A DNA stretch of 64,000 nucleotides from Candidatus Brocadiia bacterium (GTDB lineage Bacteria > Planctomycetota > B143-G9), in assembly GCA_041648755.1 (NCBI GenBank), contig JBAZOJ010000001.1, positions 335-64,334 on the forward strand. The letters run 5' to 3'. The translations under genes and the position numbers were made by a program. Position 1 is the first letter of the stretch, and each line of letters starts with the position of its first letter. This document shows positions 48,036 to 57,367 of the stretch, piece by piece. Below the pieces are notes generated by a model, which saw only the letters and a list, made by a program, of their open reading frames with translations, made no database searches and was not told the origin of the DNA.

Positions 48036-48251
48036 GCCGCTTGTAGGCGTGCGCGTCCAATCTGGAACGTCTGATAATGTCTATTATGGTGCATAGCGTA
48101 TGCGATGGCGCCTGCATTGGGAGAGGACTGCTCTTGCGAAATGTGCCCTTGCCTCTTGGCGTGGCTGCAGCGCACGTCAAGAGAACGGCTTTTCCGTCTT
48201 CCCTGTTCGGCCGAGATGAGTATAATCGCCTCGTTGTCCATTGGGGTGATT

Positions 48252-49325
48252 ATGAAGCTTTTTCGTCTGTCGTGTAGTCGTTGGCTTCTGATCCTGGCAG
48301 TTGTCATGGCCGGTGTGCTCGCCTACGCGTTCTGGCCGACCGATTACTTCCTGCATCTGAAGGTGATGCGCCTCAAGTCGCGAATCGCTCACATGGAACC
48401 CGATGACCTTTGGAACGTCTTTTCTCTGAGTCGATCCTGCGAGTTCGTCATCAATGAGGAGAAGCCTGAACTTCAAGGATACTTGCGTGACGAAGCTGGC
48501 CTTGACGCAGCAGCTTCCGATCTGTTCCTGGGTCAAGTGGCGCAGGAGTTTCGCGAGCGCGCAGTTTCTAACGCGGTGGCCTACTCCCGGATCACAGTCG
48601 ACTATTGGGGGGCGATGGAGAGCTTCGATGTAGATTCTGACGAGGTGTACACCGAGAATCCCGCCGCATCAAGACTGATTACGGTTACAGTCACTCGTCC
48701 GCAACTGCCTGATGCCGACATATACATCTCTCCCGAAGGCGAGTACATTTTTGCACTTTCGCGGTCGTCATGGTGCACCGCTGTTGCTGATGTGTTCCAG
48801 AAGCAGGGAAAGGGCATCAGTGCCTACCGTTATCTGCGTGAAGCGGCACTTGATCAGGCCTCCCTCGGTACTCTATCGAAAGCGTCCTTGCAGCGCCTGA
48901 GCGACATACCAGAGGGTCTGTCCAGCAATGCCGGAGAAGCGTTTGAGATGTTCTCTGTGCTCCTGGACAGCATCTACGATGAGAGCACGATCACGGCGCT
49001 CAGGAATCTCCTTGCCGAATACGCGAAAGAACGGAAGGGACCTGACGGCAAGCCCTACCGGTTGTTGAATAGAGTCGAAGAAGACACTATCAGGACGGAG
49101 TGCGATGGAGTCACGGCATACGTGGATGGAGACTATGAGGCGGCGCTATCATGCTTCAAGAAGAATACCGGAGCAGGGCTTCCGGGCACGTTCTACTACA
49201 TGTCGCTGTGTTGCGAGTTCATAGCTCGGCAAAGAGCACCCGGAGCCGCTATGGCTGACATCTCAGACTATCTTAGGATATCCGGGCCAAAGAAAACGGG
49301 CAGGGAGTCCCTGCCCGAGAAATAG
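48252..49325 (+). CDS. Membrane-anchored hypothetical protein
   Basis: Start at MKLFRLSCSRWLLILAVVMAGVLAYAFWP (M50 of the track ORF) with GGGGTGA SD. An extended -10-like TGaGTATAAT lies about 30 nt upstream. No recognisable domains. Confidence 0.45.
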   Translation: MKLFRLSCSRWLLILAVVMAGVLAYAFWPTDYFLHLKVMRLKSRIAHMEPDDLWNVFSLSRSCEFVINEEKPELQGYLRDEAGLDAAASDLFLGQVAQEFRERAVSNAVAYSRITVDYWGAMESFDVDSDEVYTENPAASRLITVTVTRPQLPDADIYISPEGEYIFALSRSSWCTAVADVFQKQGKGISAYRYLREAALDQASLGTLSKASLQRLSDIPEGLSSNAGEAFEMFSVLLDSIYDESTITALRNLLAEYAKERKGPDGKPYRLLNRVEEDTIRTECDGVTAYVDGDYEAALSCFKKNTGAGLPGTFYYMSLCCEFIARQRAPGAAMADISDYLRISGPKKTGRESLPEK

Positions 49326-49346
49326 CTGGAGAGCGCGTTGCCGCGA

Positions 49347-49511
49347 TTAATGCTTACGGCTTCTGGCTTTTTTGGATCGACGTTCGCTCGGTTTCTCGTA
49401 AACCGACGCCTTCTTGATGTCACGAGAAAGGCCTTCCTTCTCGCACAGCTTCTTGAATCTGCGAAGCAGCTTGTCCAGAGATTCGTTGTCGCGAGCGTCA
49501 ACCTTGATCAT
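49347..49511 (-). CDS. rpsU: 30S ribosomal protein S21
   Basis: 54-aa ORF not in the track (under 60 aa). MIKVDARDNESLDKLLRRFKKLCEKEGLSRDIKKASVYEKPSERRSKKARSRKH is a canonical S21 sequence. TAA stop. Confidence 0.85.
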   Translation of the reverse strand: MIKVDARDNESLDKLLRRFKKLCEKEGLSRDIKKASVYEKPSERRSKKARSRKH

Positions 49512-49610
49512 CCGTAACCACTGTCCCTTCCAGAAGTTAGCTACTCTATCGAAAACAAACGCGCGCTATTATAGGGGGTTTTCCCTGAATGCAAGGATTT
49601 TGCTGACGAA

Positions 49611-52600
49611 ATGACGAGACCTCTCACCGTTTTCCTGCTGCTTGCAGCCCTTTCACCCCTCTGGCTCTATGCTGAGGGCGAGCAAGCCATACAGCCGCCT
49701 CTTCCCGGTGAAGCCGGAATCTCATCCCCTGCCCTGGTTGCCTGCCTGAATTCTGACACAACAGGGCTTGTCCGCATTGCCATGGAAGGCTTGAAAACAG
49801 CCTCCGGAGAAGAACTGGCGAGGAAACTGCTGTGGCTCCGTCTCGCATCAGCTTCAATGAGACGGTCGGAACTTGGCGAGTTGGTGAAGTCAGTTGTTGC
49901 TCTGGATCTTGAACTCACATCGCCATACGACAGAATGCTCATGGAGGATTTCATGATTCTCCAGGCATATCGGCTGGGCGACAACGCTCTAATGGAGAAG
50001 GAAATTAACTTGGCGGGGCTCTGCCGAGAGTGGTCTGTCTTGTCTCCGTTGAGGGGAAAAGGCAACGATGGCCATGGTCGTCTTGTCCCCATAGCATGTC
50101 CGAAAGGTATCGGGCCCTTTATGGCCGCTTCGCCTGCTGGAACATTTGCCCCTGCTTCGGTCGTCTCTCAGGCGGGAGAAAGGCAATTCGCCATTGCAGG
50201 ATTGGACTTCGAATTACTCGCGCCCGCTACGGCAGTTGTCTTGGCGATTTCGTGTTCGACGGAATCCACGGTCTTTCTGGATGCTCCCTTGCTGGCCATT
50301 TTGAAGGCGGAGGAATCGCTCCCCTCCCCTGCTGCGCGCTTGACAGGCGCGTCCCCTGCCCTTGCGACCACAGCATTTCTGAAAAGCGGCCCTCTGGCAA
50401 GCGGTCGACACAGCTTGGCATTTCTCCTTCCTTGCGTTTCGGGAAGCTCAATCTCAGTCAGGCTTCTCAATGAGAAAGGCACGGCGCTCACAATCGCTCA
50501 ACGTGAGCTGAGTGACGAGGGATCGAAGTTCGGAGCCGGAATTTTGACGGCCGAGCAGGACATGTTCCCGGCAATGAACCCTTGCTTGAGAATTGCCTTA
50601 CCGAGGGACGGAGATATTTTCACGCTCGGCGCCGAGAAGAGTCTTGAGATGCTATCGAAGCCTGCCGAGGATGCTTTCCTTGCGCTGAGATTGGCGCCAT
50701 ATCACCCGCAGAATGCCGCGTTCCTCGGGAGCATCTGGCAGACATGGAGTGCCCTGGTTCTGTCGCCGCAGGTCGCAATTGCCTCATCGCCATATTACTG
50801 TGACCAAGGCTATCTGGATCGGTGCGCGAGTTTGTTCCGAGCATCCGATGTGTTCCTCATGACGGAAGCCTATGCGAAAATGGCTGGCCAACCGGCCTTT
50901 CTCGCGAAGATGGCAGTGACCGACGGATGGACGATGGGAAGACTCCAGGAGTATTCCAGACTGGTTTCAGAGGGCGCGGATCCAACTCCGGTTCTGCCCG
51001 TGTTTCGGGAGTTTCCGTTCGACGAGAAGATGATCGCCAGGCTCTGCGCGCCCGGAAGTCGCTTGTCAGGGACGATGAAGATCGACTTGCTTGAGCAACT
51101 CTCCGCAAAAAGCTTGAGCCCATTGGTCTATTATCAGGATGAGGTCTCCCTTTATTCTGGATCCGGACAATACGCCGAAGCGGTAATCGTTTCCCGGCAC
51201 CTGTGCAAATCGTTCCCATGGGTTCTCGAGAACTGGATAACACTCGGCGAGAACCTGATTCGCGTTGGGGACGTGGATGGGGCAAAGACCGCCCTACAGA
51301 ACGCATCGGTAATCTCTCCCGGCGACCGCAGAATAGCATCTGCCATGGAAGACTTGGCGAGGCGTGGTGAAGCAGCCTTCCTTGGAGCGGGATATGACTG
51401 GGATTCTCTTTCCGCAATCGCAGCTTTGGCCGGAAACATTGTGCATCCAAAGGGTTTGATCTTCCTTGCCAGGCGCTTCAAAATGGACGCCTTGCCAGAC
51501 GGAACACTTAGAGGGACACTGGTTTCGGCACTGTCAGCACCAGAGGGATCGAGAGCTTTCCTTTTCTCCAACGACATACCCGAATACTCTCTGGAAAGGC
51601 CGTCGGTTGAGATTCCGGACGCATACATCATTTCGCGAGGCGTTGTCCCCATGCGGCTCCCATCAACTTCGGAAGGTCTCCAGTGTCCGCCAATTGGCGC
51701 AAATGACTTCCTGGTAGTCGAGCAGCGCTTCTCCCTTCCGGCTACACCATGTTTCGCGCCAGAGGCTTTTGACTCCATTTCTGCGGCTATCCCGGGAGTG
51801 CCCTGTGTCAGTTTCGAGTACAAACTGGCAAAAGGAGGATGCACCATATACTCGTGGCAGTCTCCAGGCCTGATTGCTACCGACGAGGGAGGAGAGTTGG
51901 TCTTTCGCAACTCGGTAATCTACTCCGCGCTGGAAACGGGATCTTCTGCATTGCCCCGACTCGCATGGACCACGATGGATTTCCAGCGCTACTCAGAGCG
52001 AATGAGTGCGGAAATCGCCTCAAAGGCTCAATTCTCAGTCGAGATGGAGAAACTCCTGCCAAATCCGAAATCCGATTGTCGCACAAAGTTCGTCGAAGCC
52101 TTCAACTCTGTCAGAGCCGTCATCAAGGACATGCCTATTGCGTCGGCCCGGCTCATGTATCGCCCTGCTTTTCCTGTTCAGACGATTGGCTCAGGGCGCG
52201 GCAGCGAGTTGGAATTCGCGATTCTGTTCTGGACGATATTGAAATCCTCGGGCATCGCCGACGAGATGCGCTTGTATTCGTATTTGCCGTACGATCCGCA
52301 GAGCTTTCAGCCAGTCTCTCTTGATGCAATTGCCTGCCCATCGTTTTTGCCTGGTTTTGCATTCGTTTTCAGCGACGAGAAGGGAGTTCTGGTTGTCCGC
52401 TCAGATTGTCTGCTCCCTCTCTCTTCTGCGATGAACAGCCACAGTTGGCGCTGCGCATTCGCGGCCCCAATCTCTCCAGAAGGGCGTTTTCCAGTCTCTG
52501 TGTCGGGTTTCGAGCCCATAGAACTCGCCAAGTATCAAGTGCGTCTTGCCGCATCCGATGACGGCAAGATACTGCTATCCGCGTCAGTAGTGCTTTCGGG

Positions 52601-53123
52601 CTCTGCTGCAGAGGCACTTGCACACTACGCCTCCGCCAGACCCGTTGATACTGCGATAAGGAGCTTCTTTAAGGAGTGGTTTGAGAACGCGGAAATTGGG
52701 CCTGAAGCAGTACGAGTCTCTGTTTGGGCTGGCAGTCGGATCGAGTACACTGTTCAGCCGATGGTAGTTGACTTGTCCAACGGCCAGATCGGAAAACGAC
52801 TTCAGGTGTTCCCATACAAGATTGATCTGGGGCGCACTGTAAGCAAGGCTGGAGTCTTGCTTCCGGAATGGGTAGGCAATGTTCAGGTGGAATTCCGAAT
52901 CAGCGGGAAAATAGCATTAGTGCCAGATAACATGCCGGTCGGTGAGTTTCGCGCTGGCCCACTGGTTCTGACAACCACCGGTTCCCGGGAAGCCGACTCG
53001 TCCACTTTTTCAATCAGCATCACGATGAAAGAAGAGTCGATTCCGGATGCCACGTCTTATTCGGTATTGTGCGACGAAATCGAGGAACTTGCTGGAATGG
53101 AGATCCAATGGATGGTCAAGTAG
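49611..53123 (+). CDS. Very large secreted DUF3857 / transglutaminase-like-fold protein with the catalytic Cys replaced (predicted pseudo-enzyme)
   Basis: Signal peptide MTRPLTVFLLLAALSPLWLYA. The segment GSELEFAILFWTILKSSGIADEMRLYSY aligns with the transglutaminase core G-x-C-x-x-FA-x-LF...GIPAR but has Glu in place of the nucleophile Cys. 1170 aa. Confidence 0.5.
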   Translation: MTRPLTVFLLLAALSPLWLYAEGEQAIQPPLPGEAGISSPALVACLNSDTTGLVRIAMEGLKTASGEELARKLLWLRLASASMRRSELGELVKSVVALDLELTSPYDRMLMEDFMILQAYRLGDNALMEKEINLAGLCREWSVLSPLRGKGNDGHGRLVPIACPKGIGPFMAASPAGTFAPASVVSQAGERQFAIAGLDFELLAPATAVVLAISCSTESTVFLDAPLLAILKAEESLPSPAARLTGASPALATTAFLKSGPLASGRHSLAFLLPCVSGSSISVRLLNEKGTALTIAQRELSDEGSKFGAGILTAEQDMFPAMNPCLRIALPRDGDIFTLGAEKSLEMLSKPAEDAFLALRLAPYHPQNAAFLGSIWQTWSALVLSPQVAIASSPYYCDQGYLDRCASLFRASDVFLMTEAYAKMAGQPAFLAKMAVTDGWTMGRLQEYSRLVSEGADPTPVLPVFREFPFDEKMIARLCAPGSRLSGTMKIDLLEQLSAKSLSPLVYYQDEVSLYSGSGQYAEAVIVSRHLCKSFPWVLENWITLGENLIRVGDVDGAKTALQNASVISPGDRRIASAMEDLARRGEAAFLGAGYDWDSLSAIAALAGNIVHPKGLIFLARRFKMDALPDGTLRGTLVSALSAPEGSRAFLFSNDIPEYSLERPSVEIPDAYIISRGVVPMRLPSTSEGLQCPPIGANDFLVVEQRFSLPATPCFAPEAFDSISAAIPGVPCVSFEYKLAKGGCTIYSWQSPGLIATDEGGELVFRNSVIYSALETGSSALPRLAWTTMDFQRYSERMSAEIASKAQFSVEMEKLLPNPKSDCRTKFVEAFNSVRAVIKDMPIASARLMYRPAFPVQTIGSGRGSELEFAILFWTILKSSGIADEMRLYSYLPYDPQSFQPVSLDAIACPSFLPGFAFVFSDEKGVLVVRSDCLLPLSSAMNSHSWRCAFAAPISPEGRFPVSVSGFEPIELAKYQVRLAASDDGKILLSASVVLSGSAAEALAHYASARPVDTAIRSFFKEWFENAEIGPEAVRVSVWAGSRIEYTVQPMVVDLSNGQIGKRLQVFPYKIDLGRTVSKAGVLLPEWVGNVQVEFRISGKIALVPDNMPVGEFRAGPLVLTTTGSREADSSTFSISITMKEESIPDATSYSVLCDEIEELAGMEIQWMVK

Positions 53124-53602
53124 ATCGTCTCCGGGTAGGAATCGGTTGCGATACCCATCGGCTCGAAAAGAACTCGAGGCGGCTGATACTCGGAGGAGTT
53201 GAAATCGCCCATCCGGCTGGCTATGGCCCCGTAGCGCATTCGGATGGCGACGCTGTACTCCATGCCGTGATTGACTCACTCCTTGGGGCCGCTGGACTTG
53301 GGGACATTGGCGAGTTGTTTCCAGATTCGGATCCCCGGTATGCTGACGCGGACTCGACGGACTTGCTGGCCATCGCACTTGGGCAATGCGGAAATCTCTC
53401 GATCCTTTCGCTGGATATGGTTGTTACTTGCGACCATCCGAAGATCTCACCTCATAAGAACGCAATGAAAAAGAGGCTTGCGGAGCTTCTCAGAGTCCCG
53501 CCGGAGCGGATCAACCTGAAAGGAAAGACCTGGGAGGGAACCCTCTCCGGCGTAGAGGCGGTATCGGTCCATGCAATTGTTCTTGCCCAAGTTGTTTGCT
53601 AG
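53108..53602 (+). CDS. ispF: 2-C-methyl-D-erythritol 2,4-cyclodiphosphate synthase
   Basis: Start at MDGQVDRLRVGIGCDTHRL (M14 of the track ORF; overlaps the upstream gene's end). HSDGD(A) metal-binding motif. About 164 aa. Confidence 0.9.
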   Translation: MDGQVDRLRVGIGCDTHRLEKNSRRLILGGVEIAHPAGYGPVAHSDGDAVLHAVIDSLLGAAGLGDIGELFPDSDPRYADADSTDLLAIALGQCGNLSILSLDMVVTCDHPKISPHKNAMKKRLAELLRVPPERINLKGKTWEGTLSGVEAVSVHAIVLAQVVC

Positions 53603-53835
53603 TCTCGCAGAGAGTGTTGTACAATTCACTGGAGAAGCCGTTCGATGGATGAGTGCCTTTCTTCGCAGAGGAAGCATCTGTCGCTCAGAATCGCAGCAGC
53701 GGATTGACTCCACTTTCAGGCAGACCTACCCGGAGAAGCCGATAAATTGAACCCCGATATCGACATCTGTCCAGCATCATCGAGCGGGAGGCGAAGCTGA
53801 AGGCGCATCTCAAGGCTTTTCTGTACTATCTCTCT

Positions 53836-54687
53836 GTGGACTGTGGGCTGTCCCGAAATACGCTCGCGGGCTACTCCAACGATCTCGAAATACTTGTCGC
53901 GTGGCTTGCGGAGCGAGGTGTGCGAGAGCCGGTCGACGTGACAGCCGATCACATCCGCGAGTTTCTTCACACTGGTTCACAGGAAGGCCTTGCTCTTCGG
54001 ACGATCGAAAGAAGAAGCTCATCAATACGCGTGTTCTTTCGATTCCTCCATGGTGAGAAGACAATTCCGTCGGATCCAGCTCAGTTTCTTGAAGCTCCAA
54101 AACTCGGGAAATACCTGCCGGAAGTACTTTCTGACGCGGAAATCGTGTCGATGATTCGGGTCATACCCTCCGGAGGCACCAAATTTCCAGCACGAGACCG
54201 CATGATTATGGAACTGCTGTACGGTTGCGGCTTACGTGTTTCCGAACTGTGCGGAATAAAGTGCAGCGCCGTCAAGCTGAAATCCCGCTTCCTCCTGATC
54301 TTGGGGAAGGGCTCGAAAGAACGGATTGTCCCAATCGGCGATGCGGCCTTTCACTCCATCGAGGAATATTTCCGTGTCGAATATCCCGCCCTCAGGCAAC
54401 CTCACTCCGCAGACAGCTTTCTTCTGAGCAAATCCGGGAAAACGCTCGACAGGCACATGGTCTTCCGGATTATCCGAAAGCTGGCAAGGTTGGCAGGAGT
54501 ACAAAAGGAAATCTCACCCCATACTCTCAGGCATTCGTTTGCCACGGAGTTGCTCAAGGGAGGAGCAGATCTGCGCTCTGTCCAGGAATTGCTCGGACAC
54601 TCGAGCATTGTTACCACCGAAATCTATACTCACGTAGACGGGAAGCGCCTCAAGGAGGCGCACAAGAAATTTCATCCCCGTGGATGA
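53836..54687 (+). CDS. xerD: Tyrosine recombinase XerD/XerC
   Basis: Site-specific tyrosine recombinase catalytic region: active-site R (ARDRMIMELLY), HTLRHSFAT box and catalytic Tyr (TEIYTHV). GTG start at 53836. The in-frame upstream region (IIEREAKLKAHLKAFLYYL) is also XerD-like, so the true start may be a non-ATG codon near 53797, which is preceded by GGGAGG. Confidence 0.85.
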   Translation: MDCGLSRNTLAGYSNDLEILVAWLAERGVREPVDVTADHIREFLHTGSQEGLALRTIERRSSSIRVFFRFLHGEKTIPSDPAQFLEAPKLGKYLPEVLSDAEIVSMIRVIPSGGTKFPARDRMIMELLYGCGLRVSELCGIKCSAVKLKSRFLLILGKGSKERIVPIGDAAFHSIEEYFRVEYPALRQPHSADSFLLSKSGKTLDRHMVFRIIRKLARLAGVQKEISPHTLRHSFATELLKGGADLRSVQELLGHSSIVTTEIYTHVDGKRLKEAHKKFHPRG

Positions 54688-54698
54688 TAGGAGGAAAG

Positions 54699-56042
54699 AT
54701 GGCTAAGCACACTCTGGAAGACCTCTATGTTGATGCCGTGCGGACTCAGTACATCAAGAACGACCCCGATTCGGCCTTGAAGAAGCTGCACAAGTGTCGC
54801 GAGGCGCTTGACACGATTCGGATGCAGGATACCCCCCTGATGTTCAGGGTACCCGCCAGAATCCAGTTGCTTGAGGCCGAATTCGCGGATGCACAGGCGC
54901 AGGCTCAGGCGGGGATCCTGTTCTTCGCTGACGACTATGATTTGATTCTCATACTTGCTGCATGCCAGATTGAGCTTGGTGCTCTGGACGAGGCACTAAA
55001 GACCATTGACAACGCGATGGAGCTTATTCCGGACGAAGATACCGAAATGAAGGCAATCGCGTATATCATCCGTGGAGACCTATGGGGCAAACAGCGTCGC
55101 TACGGCGAACAGATTGCCGAGTACCGCAAGGCAGTTGGTGCATGCGAGCGCTTCCCGTTAGCATTCGAGTTACTGGGGCACACCTATCTTGAGATGGCAA
55201 AGTACGACTTGGCGCGAGAAGCGTTCAAACGGGCTCTTTCCTCGGGTGTTCCGTTCGGATGGTCGCATCTGGGACTTGGGATTGCACTGAAGAATCTCGG
55301 CGATTTCAGGGGTGCCTTGACGGAGTTCTTCCGCGTCATCGACCACTTTCGCGAACCAGCCCTGTTGTTCAGAGCCTACCGAAACCTCGGCAGCACCTAC
55401 TATCGCAAGCGCGAACTGGTTGATGCGCGCAGATTCTATGCCATGGCCCTCGAAGTAGTGAGTCGCGACATTGCCACACTGTGCGACCTGAGTGTTATTT
55501 GCGTGGAAAAAGGCGATTTCGAAGCAGCATCCGATTTCCTCTCCCTGGCGATGAAACAGATGCGAAATGTCAGTCATCCGGAACGCGAAGTCCTCGATAA
55601 GGGCATTGCGGCCCTGCGAGCTCAGTCGACGCCTGCGAACACGGTTTCATTCCACCGTGACTTCAAGATCAGACTCGCTTCGAAGACTGCCACGGGCAAA
55701 CCGGAGCCCGACCCAACCAGCTTGGCACTTTCATATTTCTACTGCGGGCTGATTTTCGAGTCTCAGGAGAAGTACGCTGACTGCAAAGTCGTGTTCGAAA
55801 GAGCCGAGGGCATATTTGACTCGCAAGGAGTTGCACCATATGCCGCTGAATCCAGAAGGCATGTTGCCGATATCGAGGGCAAGCTGGAAGCCATCTTCTC
55901 GATCGAATCCGTAGGTCCAAGCGCGCATGCTGTCACAAAGAAGGCAGATGATCGCAAGCGCCCGTACGTGAATTTCAGCAAGTTTCGGAGGTTGAGCATT
56001 CGGCCTGAGAGGCACCATCCCCTTCGGAGCCCGAACTTGTAG
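54699..56042 (+). CDS. TPR-repeat protein
   Basis: ATG at 54699 with GGAGGAAAG SD 11 nt after the xerD stop. The upstream part of track ORF 54225.. is an out-of-frame overlap with xerD. Multiple TPR-like helical repeats (e.g. AFELLGHTYLEMAKYDLAREAFKRAL). Confidence 0.7.
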   Translation: MAKHTLEDLYVDAVRTQYIKNDPDSALKKLHKCREALDTIRMQDTPLMFRVPARIQLLEAEFADAQAQAQAGILFFADDYDLILILAACQIELGALDEALKTIDNAMELIPDEDTEMKAIAYIIRGDLWGKQRRYGEQIAEYRKAVGACERFPLAFELLGHTYLEMAKYDLAREAFKRALSSGVPFGWSHLGLGIALKNLGDFRGALTEFFRVIDHFREPALLFRAYRNLGSTYYRKRELVDARRFYAMALEVVSRDIATLCDLSVICVEKGDFEAASDFLSLAMKQMRNVSHPEREVLDKGIAALRAQSTPANTVSFHRDFKIRLASKTATGKPEPDPTSLALSYFYCGLIFESQEKYADCKVVFERAEGIFDSQGVAPYAAESRRHVADIEGKLEAIFSIESVGPSAHAVTKKADDRKRPYVNFSKFRRLSIRPERHHPLRSPNL

Positions 56043-56050
56043 CCCGGCTA

Positions 56051-57364
56051 TCAGATGAGCGGGAAGTTCGCATGAAGGGCGGTCAATGCGCGACTAAGGT
56101 TTGCGTCCTCAATGACGAAGGAAAAACTCTTTCCGGTTGGACTGGTGACGAGAAGCCGCCAGGCGACTCCTGCCTCACGCAGTGTTCGGCAAGCAGCCTC
56201 CACGGAATCTCCTTCGGAACCGACTCCCTCGCCAACGAGAGAGACTAAGGCGCAATGCGTTTGGACTGAAACGCGCGCGATCCTGACAAGATCGGCTACC
56301 GCCTTCGAATACTCCGGAGAGTATGTCGTCAGCACTGCGAAACCCGATTCGGACGTAGTCAACACACTGATCGGGAGTGAATGGTCGGACAGGACAGAGA
56401 GTGCGTCACAGATCTGATGACTGCGGGGTATTCCGAATTGCTCAAAGAAGCTCCATTCGAGGAGATCCGGCTGACTGGTGAAGCACTTGACCCCCGCGCG
56501 GATAGCCTTCTCAACTATCAGTGTACCGTCAGCACCAGGGGCGAAGGAATTCAGTACCCTGACAGGTATCCCTGCTTCCCGCACTGGATAGACCGTATCG
56601 GGATGGAGGACTTTGGCTCCACGGAAGGCCAATTCTGCGGCCTCCTCAAAGGAAAGCACCGGGATTGTACGAGCATGGGGCACGATGCGGGGATCGGCAG
56701 ACATGACCCCGACAACATCAGTCCATATCTGCAACTCTTCCGCATTCAGTGCTGCAGCGAATATTGCGCCGGAGAGGTCACTGCCCCCTCGACCGAGCGT
56801 TGTCCGTCGACCGTCGAGAGTCCGCCCGATGTACCCGGTCACGATGGGTACTTCGGAGCCGATGGATGCGAACCAGTCGCGAATCAGCTTCGCAGCCCCG
56901 GGGATTGGTCGGGCGCAGCCAAACATGTCTGAGGTTATGTTGCCGGCATCTCCGGCATCCCATGCCTTCGAAGGCACTTGCATTGACGTCATGTGAGCAG
57001 CAAGGATTGCGGACGAGAACCTCTCGCCGAACGAGTGCACTTCGTCGCGATTCTCAGGTGAAAGCTCTCCCGCCAATGCGATGGATTCGAGGACCGAGCG
57101 CAAACTCTCAAATTGCTTCTCAAGCACCCTTGGCTCAAGACCGAGATCACGGATAATTGACCTATGTGGAGAGATGACCTCCTCCAGGAGGCTTCGGCCC
57201 GCTGCAGCTCTGGTAGCCGCGTTGTCAAGCAAGTTCGTGACTCCGGAAACCGCGCTAACGACGACGAGCGGCCGTCTCGCAATAAAGCGTCGAATTGTGT
57301 CACATGCACGCTTGAAGCACTCGGCGTTGCCAACAGAAGTCCCGCCGAATTTCATTACGATCAT
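56051..57364 (-). CDS. lysC: Aspartate kinase
   Basis: MKFGGTSV N-terminus, amino-acid-kinase fold and C-terminal ACT-like regions. 437 aa. Confidence 0.9.
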   Translation of the reverse strand: MIVMKFGGTSVGNAECFKRACDTIRRFIARRPLVVVSAVSGVTNLLDNAATRAAAGRSLLEEVISPHRSIIRDLGLEPRVLEKQFESLRSVLESIALAGELSPENRDEVHSFGERFSSAILAAHMTSMQVPSKAWDAGDAGNITSDMFGCARPIPGAAKLIRDWFASIGSEVPIVTGYIGRTLDGRRTTLGRGGSDLSGAIFAAALNAEELQIWTDVVGVMSADPRIVPHARTIPVLSFEEAAELAFRGAKVLHPDTVYPVREAGIPVRVLNSFAPGADGTLIVEKAIRAGVKCFTSQPDLLEWSFFEQFGIPRSHQICDALSVLSDHSLPISVLTTSESGFAVLTTYSPEYSKAVADLVRIARVSVQTHCALVSLVGEGVGSEGDSVEAACRTLREAGVAWRLLVTSPTGKSFSFVIEDANLSRALTALHANFPLI

Positions 57365-57367
57365 CTG

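Noticed and set aside
54225-54698. N-terminal 158 aa of track ORF 54225..56042
   Set aside because: This stretch overlaps the 3' half of xerD out of frame. A strong GGAGGAAAG-ATG at 54699 begins the genuine TPR protein.
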